Assembly (NCBI RefSeq): GCF_006345805.1
Contig: NC_042997.1
Span: 89,466,001 to 89,530,000 of the forward strand
Direction of reading: 5' to 3'
Length of the DNA stretch: 64,000 nucleotides
Source: Octopus sinensis
Taxonomy: Eukaryota
Shown: positions 48,560 to 61,710 of the stretch, one piece after another
Layout of the letters: each line of letters opens with the position of its first letter
Position numbering within the stretch: the stretch's first letter is position 1
Translations under genes and position numbers: made by a program
Notes under the pieces: generated by a model
What the model was told of the DNA's origin: nothing
The model's database searches: none
Seen by the model: only the letters and a program-made list of their open reading frames with translations

Positions 48560-49075
48560 TTCAGTTCCATTGAAATATGGTCTATTTCTGGAGTCCAACT
48601 GTCTCAAGAGATACTGAAGTTTGCATCACTGGTCAGTCAGAACTTGACCAATTCAGAGTACAAGCCAGGGTTAGGTATATAGATATCTTGGCCTACTCAG
48701 ACTCTAGAATATCTTCTCAGTCTATCTGGTGTGATCCAAAGGAGTGTAGAATAGAACAGTTTTCTTTTAGTTATACAAAGGTAAAATATGCCCCCACTCA
48801 AAATTAGAGTAGAGGAACATCGCAAAGCTGTGACATGGAGAGATATTGATAAATCGAGTATAGCTGATCATATATGGAAAAATGGAGACCACCTCCCCCT
48901 GACTGATGAAGTTACAATAATAGACAGAGAACACCACTGGAAAATACAAAAACTAAAAGAAACAGCCCATATGCTAGGACACAACAACCTTCTAAGCAGA
49001 CCAAGTGCAGATATGAATAGAATATGGGAACCGGTATTAAGGAAGGATAGGAAAATATTAGATTTATAAGCCCTA
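48560..49075 (+). mobile_element. Penelope-like GIY-YIG endonuclease fragment
   Basis: PLKIRVEEHRKAV...KSSIADHIWK.GDHLP..DEVTIIDREHHWKIQKLKE.AHM is a typical PLE C-terminus. Confidence 0.8.
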
Positions 49076-49106
49076 AAATTCACTCCATAATTGCCCACAG
49101 GCATAT

Positions 49107-49215
49107 GGCGTAGTGGTTAAGAGCACGGGCTACTAACCCCAAGATTCCAAGTTCAATTCAGTGACTTAAATAATAATAATAATAATAACGATAATAATAA
49201 CAATAATAACAACAA
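49107..49215 (+). mobile_element. Short tRNA-head SINE with (TAA)n tail
   Basis: A-box tggcgtagtgg, B-box-like gttcaattc, no tRNA acceptor-stem 3' half. Confidence 0.6.
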
Positions 49216-49635
49216 CTTATGCTTACACTTCAAACAACAGCAGCAGTATTGACAAGTACTTCATTAGCTTACTGTGTTGAGGCCAAGTCTTCAGTTGAGT
49301 ATTACATTAAAAAGCATGATCTCTGTTGAGCTGATTTTTCACAACTATATGAAAATGAAGTTTTCAGGTGTTATTAAACTTTTCAAACGATATTCACTTT
49401 GTTGTAAGATGTTCAAAATGTTCATAGGTTTATTATGCTTCAATAGACCTATGACATATAAATAGTCAGCTGAATACCTAGAAAACATACTGTTTATCAC
49501 ATCTTCTCTCATTATCTCTCCCATCCTCTCTTACAAGTTCTTGTCTCACTGTTATTCATCTATATTCCTAGGTCTTGATTAAAACATTCCTCTGGTCCAT
49601 TACTAATACTTTTCCCAATCTCTGTTACCTTACAG

Positions 49636-49804
49636 GATGTACAGCCTGCTCCACCCTATACTTCAAACTACTATCATTCTATCCAGTGTAAACCAACCGT
49701 CTCAGAAGAAAGAATATTTAAAAGTTTCCAGAAACATTCTAAGTTATCAGAGCCACTTAGGACTCTCATCCGCAGGTTACAGCTCTCTGATGGCATCCAA
49801 GCAG
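49636..49804 (+). CDS. Exon (0 to 1): DVQPAPPYTSNYYHSIQCKPTVSEERIFKSFQKHSKLSEPLRTLIRRLQLSDGIQA
   Basis: Acceptor ttaccttacag|, donor gcag|gtaaaa. Confidence 0.9.
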
Positions 49805-50019
49805 GTAAAAAGTGACTCTCATCTCTATCATGATAAGCAGTTAACATATTTAGTAATGTCTATTGGGAAATATCAATGATATACTGCAGAATGTTGGTAT
49901 AGTGGAGTTCTGGTGGTTACAGTATTGAATTGGTGTTTATATATAATGTTGGTGGTAGCCCATTAAGGCAAAAATTTATCAACCACATACCTGGTGTATA
50001 TTATATTTTCATTGCTAGA

Positions 50020-50950
50020 TTTTTTATTGTGATTATGTAGAATGCTACAAACATAGTCCTTGATGGACAGCTCATAGCTACCTCATCTTTTAGCCTAAAT
50101 AATTTGCTGCTTACATAAGCATATACTGTATCAGGATTATACTTAAGAGATACCACTAAATTCATCTGAAGAGCCTCAATATATCTTTGAAGAAACTAAC
50201 CAAATTGTCAATGTCTGTTTATTAACACTCTAGTGGCAAAAACTATAGAAGCCATATTAAATAATATATATCAACACCCAAGAAATAATATCAGCCACTA
50301 TACCAGATGACGTACTAAAAAGATTATTTGTATCTTGTGCAACTGAAGAATCCTTCCACTGTCCACAAGGTAAGTTATTAAAGTAAAGAAAAGAATGATC
50401 ATGGATTCTCCATCAGGGTCGATATTTGCAGCATTTTATGTGGCCTGTATAGAAAATAAAGTGATAACAAGGCATGAAAAATGTAATACATGCTAGGAAT
50501 GTGGACTATATATTTGTAATAGACACACTACAAAATGTTTAAACTTTAAAGGAAGACCTAAAAAACAGTTCAGTAACCAAAATATTTTACATAAAACTCA
50601 CAGCGATACAGTGACTCCATTTCTAGAACCAAACATTCAGATAAAATATAACAGATATCTCATGACTGTACTTAAATGAATACAGTGAAATTTCACACAG
50701 ATATGAAATATTTGTGGTAAAATGGCTTCTCGGAAGAGTGTTTGAATTCTCATTCAGAAACAATGCACCAAATAAAGAAATCTACACAATTATACAGACA
50801 CAAAGCAATAATGGATTTATTTTAGCAAACTAATAAACCAAGTCTGAGAACAATACAAACACAAATACAATACTAGTTACTGCATTTATTAAAAATTTAC
50901 TAATCACATATAATATCTACTACATGAATCAAATGTATACTAAATGTAGA
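50020..50950 (+). mobile_element. Degenerate Penelope-like RT fragment
   Basis: Interrupted peptides ..LFINTLVAKTIEAILNNIY..., ...MDSPSGSIFAAFYVACIEN (PLE 'MGSPLGP.FANFY' motif). Confidence 0.6.
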
Positions 50951-51761
50951 ATAGATGGACACATAAAAAAAAATTCTAAAAAGTAACTCAAAATACATTA
51001 CATCCAATCATAATAACAACCAGAATAATATACTATGAAAATGCATTAAAATAAAAAAAAATACCTGTAAGTATGCAATCAAGCTGCTAATGATCAATGT
51101 AATTATAAACTTGATTGGAAACATAAAATTGTAAACTTGATGACATTTTTGTGTCATATCACTGCACTTAACATGGAGCAACCACAATACACTGCATGTC
51201 ACAACATGAAAAAAATTTGACAGCAAAACAGTTGTGGAGCATTGGATTTTTATCCTGTGTTTTGCCACATACAAATGTTGAGTCATGATTCAGTCACAGC
51301 TTGAACATGTGTGCAACTAAAGTTTTATCCAATGAACGGTCATTGTTCACATGATAGTTTGGTGGTTCAACTAGAACTTACCATGAGTGGGGCCTACAAA
51401 TACAGTTAAATTATCCACCAATTTCACAGAGTGTCAAGACATCTGAACCACCATGATGTTATCCACTCTCACCAATTCAAAGGGTTGATGAGTTGTGTTA
51501 CACTCACCTAATAGTTGTTCTCACAGCTGCATATTCAATCAAGGATGATTGTAGAAGACACTTCACAGCACCTGAATATACTTGGTATATAGAAAAACTA
51601 GCCCCCATGTTTAGTTGCTAACAGAGACTTTCCCTATGTTTACCACTATGGCTCTCTGTTACAGTAGTAAACAACACATCAATACTGTCCAGAATAACCC
51701 ATTTAAAAAATGGCTATTAAAGATGGAAACAGTTCTAATAATAGAGCACAATGCTAAAATA

Positions 51762-51997
51762 TATTTCTTTACTACCCACAAGGGGCTAAACATAGAGGGG
51801 ACAAACAAGGACAAACAAACGGATTAAGTGGATTACATCGACCCCAGTGCGTAACTGGTACTTAATTTATCGACCCCGAAAGGATGAAAGGCAAAGTCGA
51901 CCTCAGCGGAATTTGAACTCACAACGTAACGACAGACGAAATACGGCTACGCATTTCGCCCGGCGCGCTAACGTTTCTGCCAGCTCACCGCCTTATT
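51762..51997 (-). mobile_element. SINE family B (tRNA head plus gcctttcatcctttcggggtcgataaa core), young, 16-bp TSD
   Basis: TSD gcacaatgctaaaata at 51746-51761 and 51998-52013, CpGs intact. Older copies at ~7060-7260, 21220-21430, 21480-21660, 42905-43110, 43440-43620. Confidence 0.92.
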
Positions 51998-52595
51998 GCA
52001 CAATGCTAAAATAAACATGTGACATATTCTAGTATTACAAAAAAAAAAAAAAAAAATTCCCTGTTTGTTTAAATAAAATGCTGACAATCAGAAATCAAAA
52101 ATTTAGTGTGATGTCTATCCAATTCCTAATGGCTCTACTAAGTTCCATTCTTTAGCATTAAAACTGGCTATATCTAACCCAAATATTCTACCTGTTTTAT
52201 GTTCAAACCAACTAGATCTGGTCTTTTGCACCTACCCTACAATGTCATTTTAAAAATAAGTTGTCACATCATCAAAATCTCGAAGCTACAAGATAATGTA
52301 TGATTAATTCAAAACAATGTTTATAAATAAGCATTACATCTGACAGTAATCTGAATGCCAAAGGATAATGTAGCAACAAAATTTGCCAACACTAAATGCT
52401 CTAACAAAAAGACAAACACCAGGGCAATCTAGAGACATTAATAATAGATATGGAAACTTTACTGTTCCTCTCAAAAACTTTAAGAAACACATATGAAAAT
52501 AAATATTTTTTAAAAATTCATAAAAAAGGCAAATCTAGCTCATAGTATTGTTTTAATGTTTGTTTAAAAGAAAAGCTGTTCAGCATATATAAGCC

Positions 52596-52978
52596 AGGTG
52601 TGGATGTGTGGTAAAAAGTTTGCTTAACAACCACATAGTTCTGGGTTCAGTCCCACTATGTGGCACCTTGGGCAAGTGTCTTTTACTATAGCCCCAAGCC
52701 AACCAAAGCCTTGTGGATGGATTTGGTGGACAGAAACTGAAAATAACCCGTTGTGTGTGTATGTGTGTGTGTTTGTCTCCTACTACTGCCTGACAACCAG
52801 TGTTGGTTTGTTTAAGTCACTGCAACATAGCAGTCCAGCCAAAGTGACTGATAGAATATGTACCAGGCTTAGAAAGAAATAAGTATTGGTGTTGATTTGT
52901 TCAACTAAACCCTTCAAGGCAATGCCCTGGCATGACCACAATCTAATGACTGAAGCAAGTAAAAAATAAAAGATAAAG
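52596..52978 (+). mobile_element. SINE family A, full length (another at ~53315-53735)
   Basis: Complete head, microsatellite, body and aaaagataaa tail. Confidence 0.82.
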
Positions 52979-53076
52979 ATATATATATATTACTCTGTGT
53001 GTGTGTCTATGTGTGTGTGTGTGTGTATGTGTATATATGTGCATAAACTTCAATTTCTTTAATTTTCCTTTAATAG

Positions 53077-53232
53077 ATCAGACAGAATTTGAAATGATGG
53101 AATGGTGTAAGAAGAAGTTGGATACTGACCATTCTATTCAACCATTCCCAGTTTTGAATGTTAACCAGTGTGTGTCATACCAGTCAGATATTGGCCTAAA
53201 GTTCACCATTGACAAAGCTTTTAATCTAAAAG
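53077..53232 (+). CDS. Exon (1 to 1): (D)QTEFEMMEWCKKKLDTDHSIQPFPVLNVNQCVSYQSDIGLKFTIDKAFNLK
   Basis: Acceptor ttttcctttaatag|, donor aaag|gtacca. GLKFTIDKAFNL is a C2 beta-1-like strand. Confidence 0.88.
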
Positions 53233-54207
53233 GTACCAGAATAATGCTGACTTATATTTTTCCTGTCTTTTGAAAATTTATTTTATTAACTGTTTTTTAT
53301 ATTAACAATAGTTGCCAAAATGGCTGAGTGATAAGAAGTTTGATTCCCAACGATATAGTTCCAGGCTTAGTCTCATTGTGTAGCACCTTGGGCAAGTGTC
53401 TTCTACTACAGCCTCTCACTGACTAAAGCCTTGTGAATGAATTTGGTAGATGGAAACTACAAGAAACCTGTCGTGTGTGTGTGTGTGTGTGTGCGTGTGT
53501 GCACACACAAATGTGTATGTGCTTTTGTGTCAGTGTTTGTCCTCCATCACCACTTGACAACTGGTGTTGGTGTGTTTACATCCCTGTAAGTTAGCAGTTC
53601 TACAAAAGAGACCAAGTGAATAAGTACCGGACTTTAAAAAAAGTACTGGGGTCAATTCATTCGGCTAAAAATTCTTCAAGGTGATGCTTCAGTATGGCTG
53701 CAGTCTGATGACTGAAACAAATATGAGATAAAAGAAAAATTAGGTGCAGTAGGTAAAAAGATGACTGGTTGGTTAAGAAGCTTTGCAACCCCCATGGCTT
53801 TGTGTTCAGTACCCTGTGTGTCACCTTGGGTAAGTATCTTCTATAGCATTAGGATGACCTATGTTTGTAAGTGAATTTGGCCAATGGAAACTGTAGAAGC
53901 TCATCATATGTATATGTGTGAATGTATGTGGGTGTGTATATATATATATATATATATACATTAGACAAAATGAGATAACTAAGCCAAGGGTGCAAGGAGT
54001 TTTCAGGACATTTATAAAGAAAAAGATATAGATATAGTCTTTATATAGTGTTTCTGGGATATAATTATGTCTTTCATTTTGTTTAATGACCATTTGCCAT
54101 CTTTCTGGCAACTTCATGATTCTGTGCTCATAGAACTTCTAGTCCTTATCAACCAAAAACTGAAGCAAGTGCGATTTCATGTCATCATCATTATATATAT
54201 TTCTCTA

Positions 54208-54246
<39 letters not shown>

Positions 54247-54277
54247 TTGTCTGTCTGTCTATCTATCTATCTATCTA

Positions 54278-54362
<85 letters not shown>

Positions 54363-55139
54363 GTTTGTGTTTGGGATTGTTTCCACATGTTACTTGACAA
54401 CTGGTGTTAGTTTGGTGTTACATCCCTGTAACTTAGCGCTTCAGCAAAAGAGATGATAAATTAAGTACCAGGCTTAAAAAAAGATAAAAACATAAGTGAT
54501 AAACCATTATCACTTATCACTGAGGCTATTGTTGTTGATGTTTTGTCATTGTTGCTTTCATGGTTTCTGTTGCTACAACTGTTGCTGTTCATGTCATTGT
54601 TTAGCTTCAGGTTAGCCCTGCTATTGCAGTTCTATGCATATGGTCAAAATAATCTCAGCTGTGACCATTCTATTTTTGTTGTTGTCTTGTTTTGTGACAG
54701 CTTATTTGTCATTCAGACAAAGGCTACATTGAACTGTATCATACAATGTGTCTCCCCACTTTGTGGCTGTGTGAGAAGCTTGTTTCCCAGCCATGTAGTC
54801 TTGGGTTCAGTTCCACTGTGTGGCACCTTGGGCAAGTGTTGCCTACTATTGCTCTGCACTGACCAAAGACTTGTGAGTGGATTTGGTAAATGGAAACTGA
54901 AAGAAACCTGTCGTGTATGTGTGTGTGTTTGTCCCCCCACTGCAGCGTCGTGTATGTTGTGTGTTTGTCCCTCCACTGCGGCTTGACAATTGTAATTTAG
55001 TGGCTTAGCAAAAGAGACTGATAGAATGAGTTGACTTGAGTAACATGAACATAAAACCAAAAGAAATGATGCTAGTCATTTTGTCTGGTACTCTAAAGAT
55101 TCTGCCAACTTGTCAACTTTTCTGTGCTTATAATAATAA

Positions 55140-55204
<65 letters not shown>

Positions 55205-55206
55205 TA

Positions 55207-55345
55207 TGATAGGATTGAGGTAACTCCTCCAGAAAGTATACAGAGGCAAAAAAAGAAGAGTGCCATTGTTATCAAGTGAATGATGGCACTCTTTTTTTTT
55301 TTTTGTTCCTCTATACCTTCTGGAGGAGTTACCTCAATCCTATCA
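55207..55345. repeat. Hairpin with ~60-bp stem, plus a third inverted copy of its core at 55419-55457
   Basis: 55207-55266 is the reverse complement of 55283-55345; 55246-55284 is the reverse complement of 55419-55457. Confidence 0.9.
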
Positions 55346-55460
55346 AATATTACCAAAAATGAAGTTGATTGACAAGTTTATTTTTTGAACCTGTGGAAGG
55401 CACACTAGATACCAAAATATCATTCACTTGATAACAATGGCACTCTTCTTTTTTTGCTTC

Positions 55461-55498
<38 letters not shown>

Positions 55499-55625
55499 TT
55501 TTATCTGTGAATTTGCGTAAATACATATTTTATCTGTGAATTTACGCATGTAATCTGGGAATGCATACAATGCCCTTCTCTGTCATAGAAACGGAAGAAA
55601 ATTTGAAGAAAGAAGTAAAAACATG

Positions 55626-55661
<36 letters not shown>

Positions 55662-55677
55662 TGATTTTTTGTTACAG

Positions 55678-55838
55678 AGAAGGATCTGTTTGTTCAGTGT
55701 GTTACTCAGGTAATATCAGGTGGACAAAGGAGAAGCATGCCAGAGGGACATACTAGCACTACAGAAAAATATTTTATGACACTGAAGCAAGATATTGACT
55801 GTCACCTCCATAGTCCAGTTTGGCAAGATCCAACTACA
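55678..55838 (+). CDS. Exon (1 to 0): (E)KDLFVQCVTQVISGGQRRSMPEGHTSTTEKYFMTLKQDIDCHLHSPVWQDPTT
   Basis: Acceptor ttttttgttacag|, donor aca|gtatgt, phase fits the exon at 53077. Confidence 0.85.
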
Positions 55839-56894
55839 GTATGTAGTTCTACTTGTTTGCTTCCGTTTCTTGTTTTCATATCATATTTGATATGTAAACC
55901 CTGACTATTTTATTTTTGTAATTTGTACTTCTAAAGTTCTCCAATCATTACTGTTGTGGCAATAAAAAGTATTATTACCCCGCCCATTTAAATGAAAGCA
56001 GGTTATTGTAATTACTTGTCTTAGTCTGTTTGTCTGTGTGTTTGCAAAATTACTTGAAAACGGCGGAGTGGATTTTTCCCAAATTTGACGGAAATACTCA
56101 TTGGGTGAGTGGCTCAAACTGATGAAAATTTGGTTTGATTATCTTTGAAATTGGTGAATTGATGAATCAAAATGTTTTGACTATACAGATTTTTTGCGAA
56201 AGAATTTATGTGCATGCAAGGTATGCACCATTTTGGCATGTTTTGGTGGTGGCAGCAGCAGTGGCAGCAGCAGTGATGGCAGCAGATGATGGATTCTTTT
56301 GATCAATTTTCAGGTTTTGATGAACACAGTTGAGTTCCCCATAGTTTACATTTGCATTGACATTGGTATATGGGGACAATGTATTTTCAGTTTCATCCAG
56401 ACTTTTTGGCTCTACTTTTAGTTAGAAGCTTATTTGTTATATTTTCTGATAATTAATTGTTGTTGCCGTAAAAGTCAAGTAACACATGTTGCACTCTCTT
56501 TACCCAAAGTATTGTATTCCAGGTATATTGGGAAACACTTTTGTTGCTCTTTGTCTGGAGTATCAGCTGCTACTGAAAAGAACAAATCATATTCTTCGAT
56601 ATAACTCTGTGTGCTTTTGTACTGAGCATGATGCTTGTTTATTTTCACATTGAGCCTTTGTTTTCATTTTCCAACATGTTACACTATTTTACTATAAATT
56701 GATCACTATGTATTTCTTTATCAACCTTTACTCCTAAATAAGCATGATCGCTGCATAAACTTTATGTGTGATGATGCTTTGCAACATAATACACTTTACA
56801 CAATTTGGCAGTTAAGAATTTTGTCAGCTTGATAAGATTGACTTAAGGAAAAATGATAACAATCATGATGTCCCGGTAATCAGAGAGTAAACTA

Positions 56895-57113
56895 CAAGGG
56901 GGTGCTGAAATGTTCCTGGCTTTAAGGGTATTGTGAAAGGCCTGGTTGGTGGACCAACCTTCCAAATGCTTTAACAGGGTTTAGAAAAACTAAAGGACTG
57001 CTGCAATAAGTGTGTGAAGCCGAGAAGGGAATTTGTTGAATAAAATCATAATTAACTTATCCTCCTGTATTTTCTTTTACGCAAAGCCAGAGGAACTTTT
57101 CAGCACCCCATCA
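56895..57113 (+). mobile_element. Mariner-type MITE
   Basis: TA-flanked TIRs ggggtgctgaaa.gttcctggcttt / aaagccagaggaacttttcagcacccc. Confidence 0.8.
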
Positions 57114-57489
57114 TATATATATAATAATGGTAATAATAATATTAGGGAGTATATCCAAACTTACAGGGAAAAATTAGATTAAGGATTAAATCAAATTTCA
57201 CAGTATAAATATAAATTAAATTAGAGATAAAACCACTATTAGGCAACTCAAACAGTGATAGACATAAACCAAAACATAAAAAACAAAAATATAAAATATA
57301 AAATATAAAATTTAAAATTTAAATTATTAAAATTTTAAATATTAAATTTATGTTTTTAAATTTTTATATTTTTAAATTATAAAAAAGTTAATTTGGTCCA
57401 TTTATGGTTAAATGTACATTTTTTTTTCATAATTTTTTAAGGGGTTTGAAATACAATAAAAAGAAAATGTCATTCTTCACATATATATC

Positions 57490-58200
57490 AGGAGATAAAC
57501 TCCTGTATGGCATGTGGTGGTAGGCACCTGAGAAAAGAATGACTGTTCAGAAATGTGAAGTGTTTTCATTGTGGAATTACAGGACACATTAAATTGCACG
57601 ACAGAACTAAGATAACAAAATATTGAACCAAACGAGAAAAAAATATATGATTTGTCATCAGAGAAAAAAGCTTGTTTAGCAAACAGAAAATTCATAAACG
57701 TGAGAATCAAAAGCACTAGTGTCAAAATGCAATTAGACATGAGTAGTGACATCACTATCATAAATGAAGAAACACGGCAACAAATCAGTAAGCTGATATT
57801 TAAATCAAATAAATTAGCATATGTTGTTACAGGAAAGAAATTATATTTCATTTGCGAATGTATTTGTAATGTAACTTTTCAAGGTGAAATGAAAAGGACA
57901 ATCATTTATGTGTGGGAAAAATCACTTAACCTATTTGCACAGAATGCATGGAGTTATTCAAAATGTGGGATACTTCCATTAGTGTTCTCTGTGAAAATGT
58001 AGTCGGTACAGTCAAAAATTTGAATGATGTCGAACAAACGAGAAAAAAAAAAAATTTTAATTGTTTCCAAATGTTTTTTTGGAAGGAATGGCTGTATGAA
58101 ACATTCCAAGTACCAACACCATTACAGGTGGTTGAACCCACGTGTACAAGTGGAAAAAAAAGGAAGAACACAGAGTTCCTACAAATAGACACCAAAAAGA
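57490..58200 (+). mobile_element. Degenerate Gypsy gag-knuckle/protease fragment
   Basis: Zinc-knuckle-like KCFHCGITGHI. Protease-like RKFINVRI..VKMQLDMSSDITIINEET..., with stops. Confidence 0.65.
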
Positions 58201-60180
58201 AAAAAATATTAAGTTGAAAACAGAAAATGCTAAAAAGGGAGGAGGGGTGAATAAAGTAAAATAAAATTACTTGCTTCCCAAAGAAAAAATACTAAAAGGG
58301 AAGATGTTGTAGTGAAAATGGCATACTCTTTTGCACATGACAAAGTGGTATGATAAGCCACTATAAAGACAGACAGTTGTTGTAGGCGGCCGGTAGTAGT
58401 CTGGGCTCAGGTGCATTTCACTTAGTGCTACACATATTTTCCATTCTCATTGTACAAGATCTCTTTCACAGTGCAAAGTCTCTAAGATATGATACTTTTG
58501 TTTTATTTGTGAAGTGTGAAAGACCTCATACATTCAGCATTATTATTGAGTTGAGTTTTTTGGTTAATGACAGCAATGATAAAGTTGTGCACTAGTGTAA
58601 TAACAATGGTTGGTGCTGTGTGAAAGCTAGAAGTTTTTTTTTTTTTAACTTCTTTTGCCAGATTCATTATTGCTAGAAAAGACTTCTCATGTTTTGGGAG
58701 GGGTTGTTGTCTGGAGCTGGTATGGTTGCACTTTTCAGTATGGTTATAGTTATATTGTTTGCAGCTTGATTTTACTATTATACCCAGTAGATGTCTGGGT
58801 GACTTATGGGTTTCGATGAAAGTCTGGACCAACACTGCCACTGTAAGAGATGTTTCTACTCTGGATTTGGTGGTGGTTTGGTGTCATGCTTTTACTAGTG
58901 TATCGAGTCCCTGAAAGATGAGTGAAGGGACAATCACACCTCAGAAATAATTTTTTGTGTTGGGAATAGCAATAGATTTTGGGATTCTGGGTTACTTGTG
59001 TAGAAGTTATTAAGTGTGATTTAGTGTTTTGTTGTAGTGGTGGTGGTGGTATATGATGTGTGGTTTAGCGTTGGCTGGTATTGCTTGTAGAAATTGTGTG
59101 TCTTGTCCGAGGTAAATGGGTGAAATTACAGTCACTGCATATGCATAATCTCTTGTGTTGAGAAAAGTGGCATATTTTGGGATTTTATGTGTTCATAATT
59201 TTATTTTATTAACAGTTGGAAGATTTACCATGGAGCTGTCAGGTATACATTCAGATTGGGGTGGACAGTGGGGGTTGGGGCTAGTGATTCTTCACTAATT
59301 GAAGTAGTAGTAGTAGTAGTGGTAATGGTAGTAGCAGTACAAAAGGATAACAATGGTGATGATGGATGTCTTGTATCATTCTGAGAAGAATTTGAGTGGC
59401 CTGACTGTGGAAAAGTGCTAGGGACTGTGTTGTTTAATGGGTCATCAATTGTTCTAGTATTGAAGAATGACTTCCAATGCTGATCTTGTTGTCATTGCTA
59501 TTGTTTAGTTGTGGTAAGGGTAGTATCAGTAGATCATGATGGCAAAGATGATGAGGGGCCAGTTGTGGTACTCAGAGGAAATGAGGAAGTGGATAGCTGA
59601 ACTGTGATTGCTCTTGATTCTGGCATTTAATAGTTCATCAATTGTGCTAGTACTGAGGAGTGACCATGGTTGATGTTTATATATATTGTTGCTATTATGT
59701 TAAACTGTTGCATGTCCAAATTTAGCTAAATGGTTTTTTTCTTGATGGTTAAACTACCATATCTGCAGCTGCCAAGATATCAAAAATTGTCAAAGTGTAG
59801 TACAATGGTTTTGTTATGGAATGGGGAAACTATTTTTTCTTTTTCTGAAAAAGTAATGTTTTGGACTTACAACACTTTTGCAACAATGTATATACACAAA
59901 CACACACACATATATTATATGTATAATTTTATTGCTGAGGAAGCTTTAGTTCAGTAATATATCTTTCTAGGAATTTTGTGGGGGTTTTCTTTTTATTTAG
60001 TTTTGTTCTTTGTTCTTATTTTGTGAAGAAACTTAACTTCAAGCAACTTTTTACTGATCAATTTTTAAACACTATTTTCTAAGCATGAGAAAGGTGATTA
60101 GGGGTGCAATATTGAATTTTGCACCCCTACAAAATTTTAGGGGTTGTAATTGCACCCCCTGCATCCCATGTCCCAGGCCC

Positions 60181-60222
<42 letters not shown>

Positions 60223-60472
60223 TTGGTTGTTGACACACTTTTCTGCCTTGTAAGTGTAAGTTACCAAGTATTTCTGTTATTCTAACAGCAACTCTGCATT
60301 CAAAGGAATATTATCTTTTATTTGTATCATACAATACACATTTCGGTGCTTCTAATAAAAAAAAAACCCAAATATTTGTTTGTTTACATTTATACACACA
60401 TGTTGTTCTATAAAGCTAAAGTATTTAGCATCTAATTCGGCAGATGAATTTGTCAGCAGGCAGTTTAGCTTC

Positions 60473-60503
<31 letters not shown>

Positions 60504-60539
60504 GCACATTAAATATATATATATATATGCATATATGTA

Positions 60540-60615
<76 letters not shown>

Positions 60616-60626
60616 TTACATATATA

Positions 60627-61193
60627 CACTACCGTCAGAAATTAATTAGCACCCTTGATTTGCTCACCATGAAGCATGGTGGAAGTGGTCTGATGGTGTG
60701 AGGGGCGTTCAGCTACAGTGGTGTTGGGCGGCTCTATGCCATCGAAGGCAACATCAACGCAGCAAAGTACGTTGAGATAGTACGGGATACCTCTTTGGTG
60801 GCGAGGAGTACGTGCTGGCCAGTCACCTGACCTGAACCCTATTGAGAACCTCTGGATTCGATTGGGTAGGGATTTGAATGTGCAGCAATACAGGAACCAA
60901 CACGAGCTGTTTGGGGCACTTCTTGCTGCATGAGGGGCCATCCCTGCACAGTACCTGCAGGCACTCATAGACAACATGCCGACCCGCGTAGCAGTTGTCA
61001 TTGCTGCCAAAGGAGGTGCAACAAGATATTGACTAAATTTCACGATTAATAACAATCATGTGGTGTGCTGGGATATGTTTTAATAAATTTTTGATTAAAA
61101 ACGAGTTCGTTTCTGATAATAAGTTAATTAAATTAAGAAAATGTAAGAAAATGTAGAAATTTGAGAAGTGCTAATTAATTTCCGACGCAAGTG
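60627..61193 (+). mobile_element. Internally deleted Tc1 (DD34E) element within a (TA)n tract
   Basis: TA-flanked TIRs cact..cgtc.gaaattaattagcac at both ends. Peptides TMKHGG..LMV.GAFS..GVG.L and SPDLNPIENLW. Confidence 0.9.
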
Positions 61194-61231
61194 TATGTGT
61201 ATATATATATATATGTATATATATATTTACG

Positions 61232-61262
<31 letters not shown>

Positions 61263-61678
61263 TAATTAAAAGTATTACTTAAAAGTATTATTTTGGAATT
61301 TTGCTTAAACACTAATGCAATTTCATAACTTCACTTGCATGGAGTTTCAAATATCTATGATAATATTACCACATGAATCAGAAAAGAAATCAAAGGAGTG
61401 AGCTTAAAGCAGCTGTTTTTGCATGTGTTCTCAAAGGCTTTTAAGTAAAAGAACATAAGGATAAACATTTCCTTCAAACTTTTATTTCATATTTCAAATA
61501 ATATTCAAACAATGAATATTTCAAAAGAAAATCAAGGTCGATTTACCGAATGGAAACAATTCTGAGTACTAGAAATTGGAGCTTTTCAGTTATTTTGTAT
61601 TAAAGAATACTTTACATTTGTATTGAGGCCTACAATCTATTGCTTCTTGCGAATCAACAGGGATATATATATATATAT

Positions 61679-61710
<32 letters not shown>

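Larger units (their letters stand above)
2384..55838 (+). other. Span of a multi-exon gene: uncharacterised TBC-like plus C2-like domain protein (5' and 3' ends not resolved)
   Basis: 15 GT-AG exons with open frames. Phases are compatible at 13 of 14 junctions. Exon coordinates are listed separately. Confidence 0.85.

Noticed and set aside
48577-48807. 76-aa ORF considered as the next host exon
   Set aside because: It lies in a Penelope-like remnant; the exon at 49636 fits the phase and sequence pattern instead.
49107-49165. tRNA-like sequence as a tRNA gene
   Set aside because: It has A/B boxes but no complete cloverleaf or acceptor stem and runs into a (TAA)n tail, so it is a SINE head. 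The same applies to the other tRNA-like heads.
53705-53720. ctgatgactgaaac as a hammerhead core
   Set aside because: There is no stem II or stem I; it is a point variant of the SINE A tail (agtcaaatgactgaaacaag).
59216-59250. Short open segment LEDLPWSCQ after a good acceptor, as the next host exon
   Set aside because: Only 9 codons before a weak donor, with no independent support.
58503-59690. Minus-strand Thr/Ser-rich stretch and 112-aa ORF
   Set aside because: Multiple stops, no recognisable domain and no splice framework. It may be an old TE ORF, but I cannot support a call.
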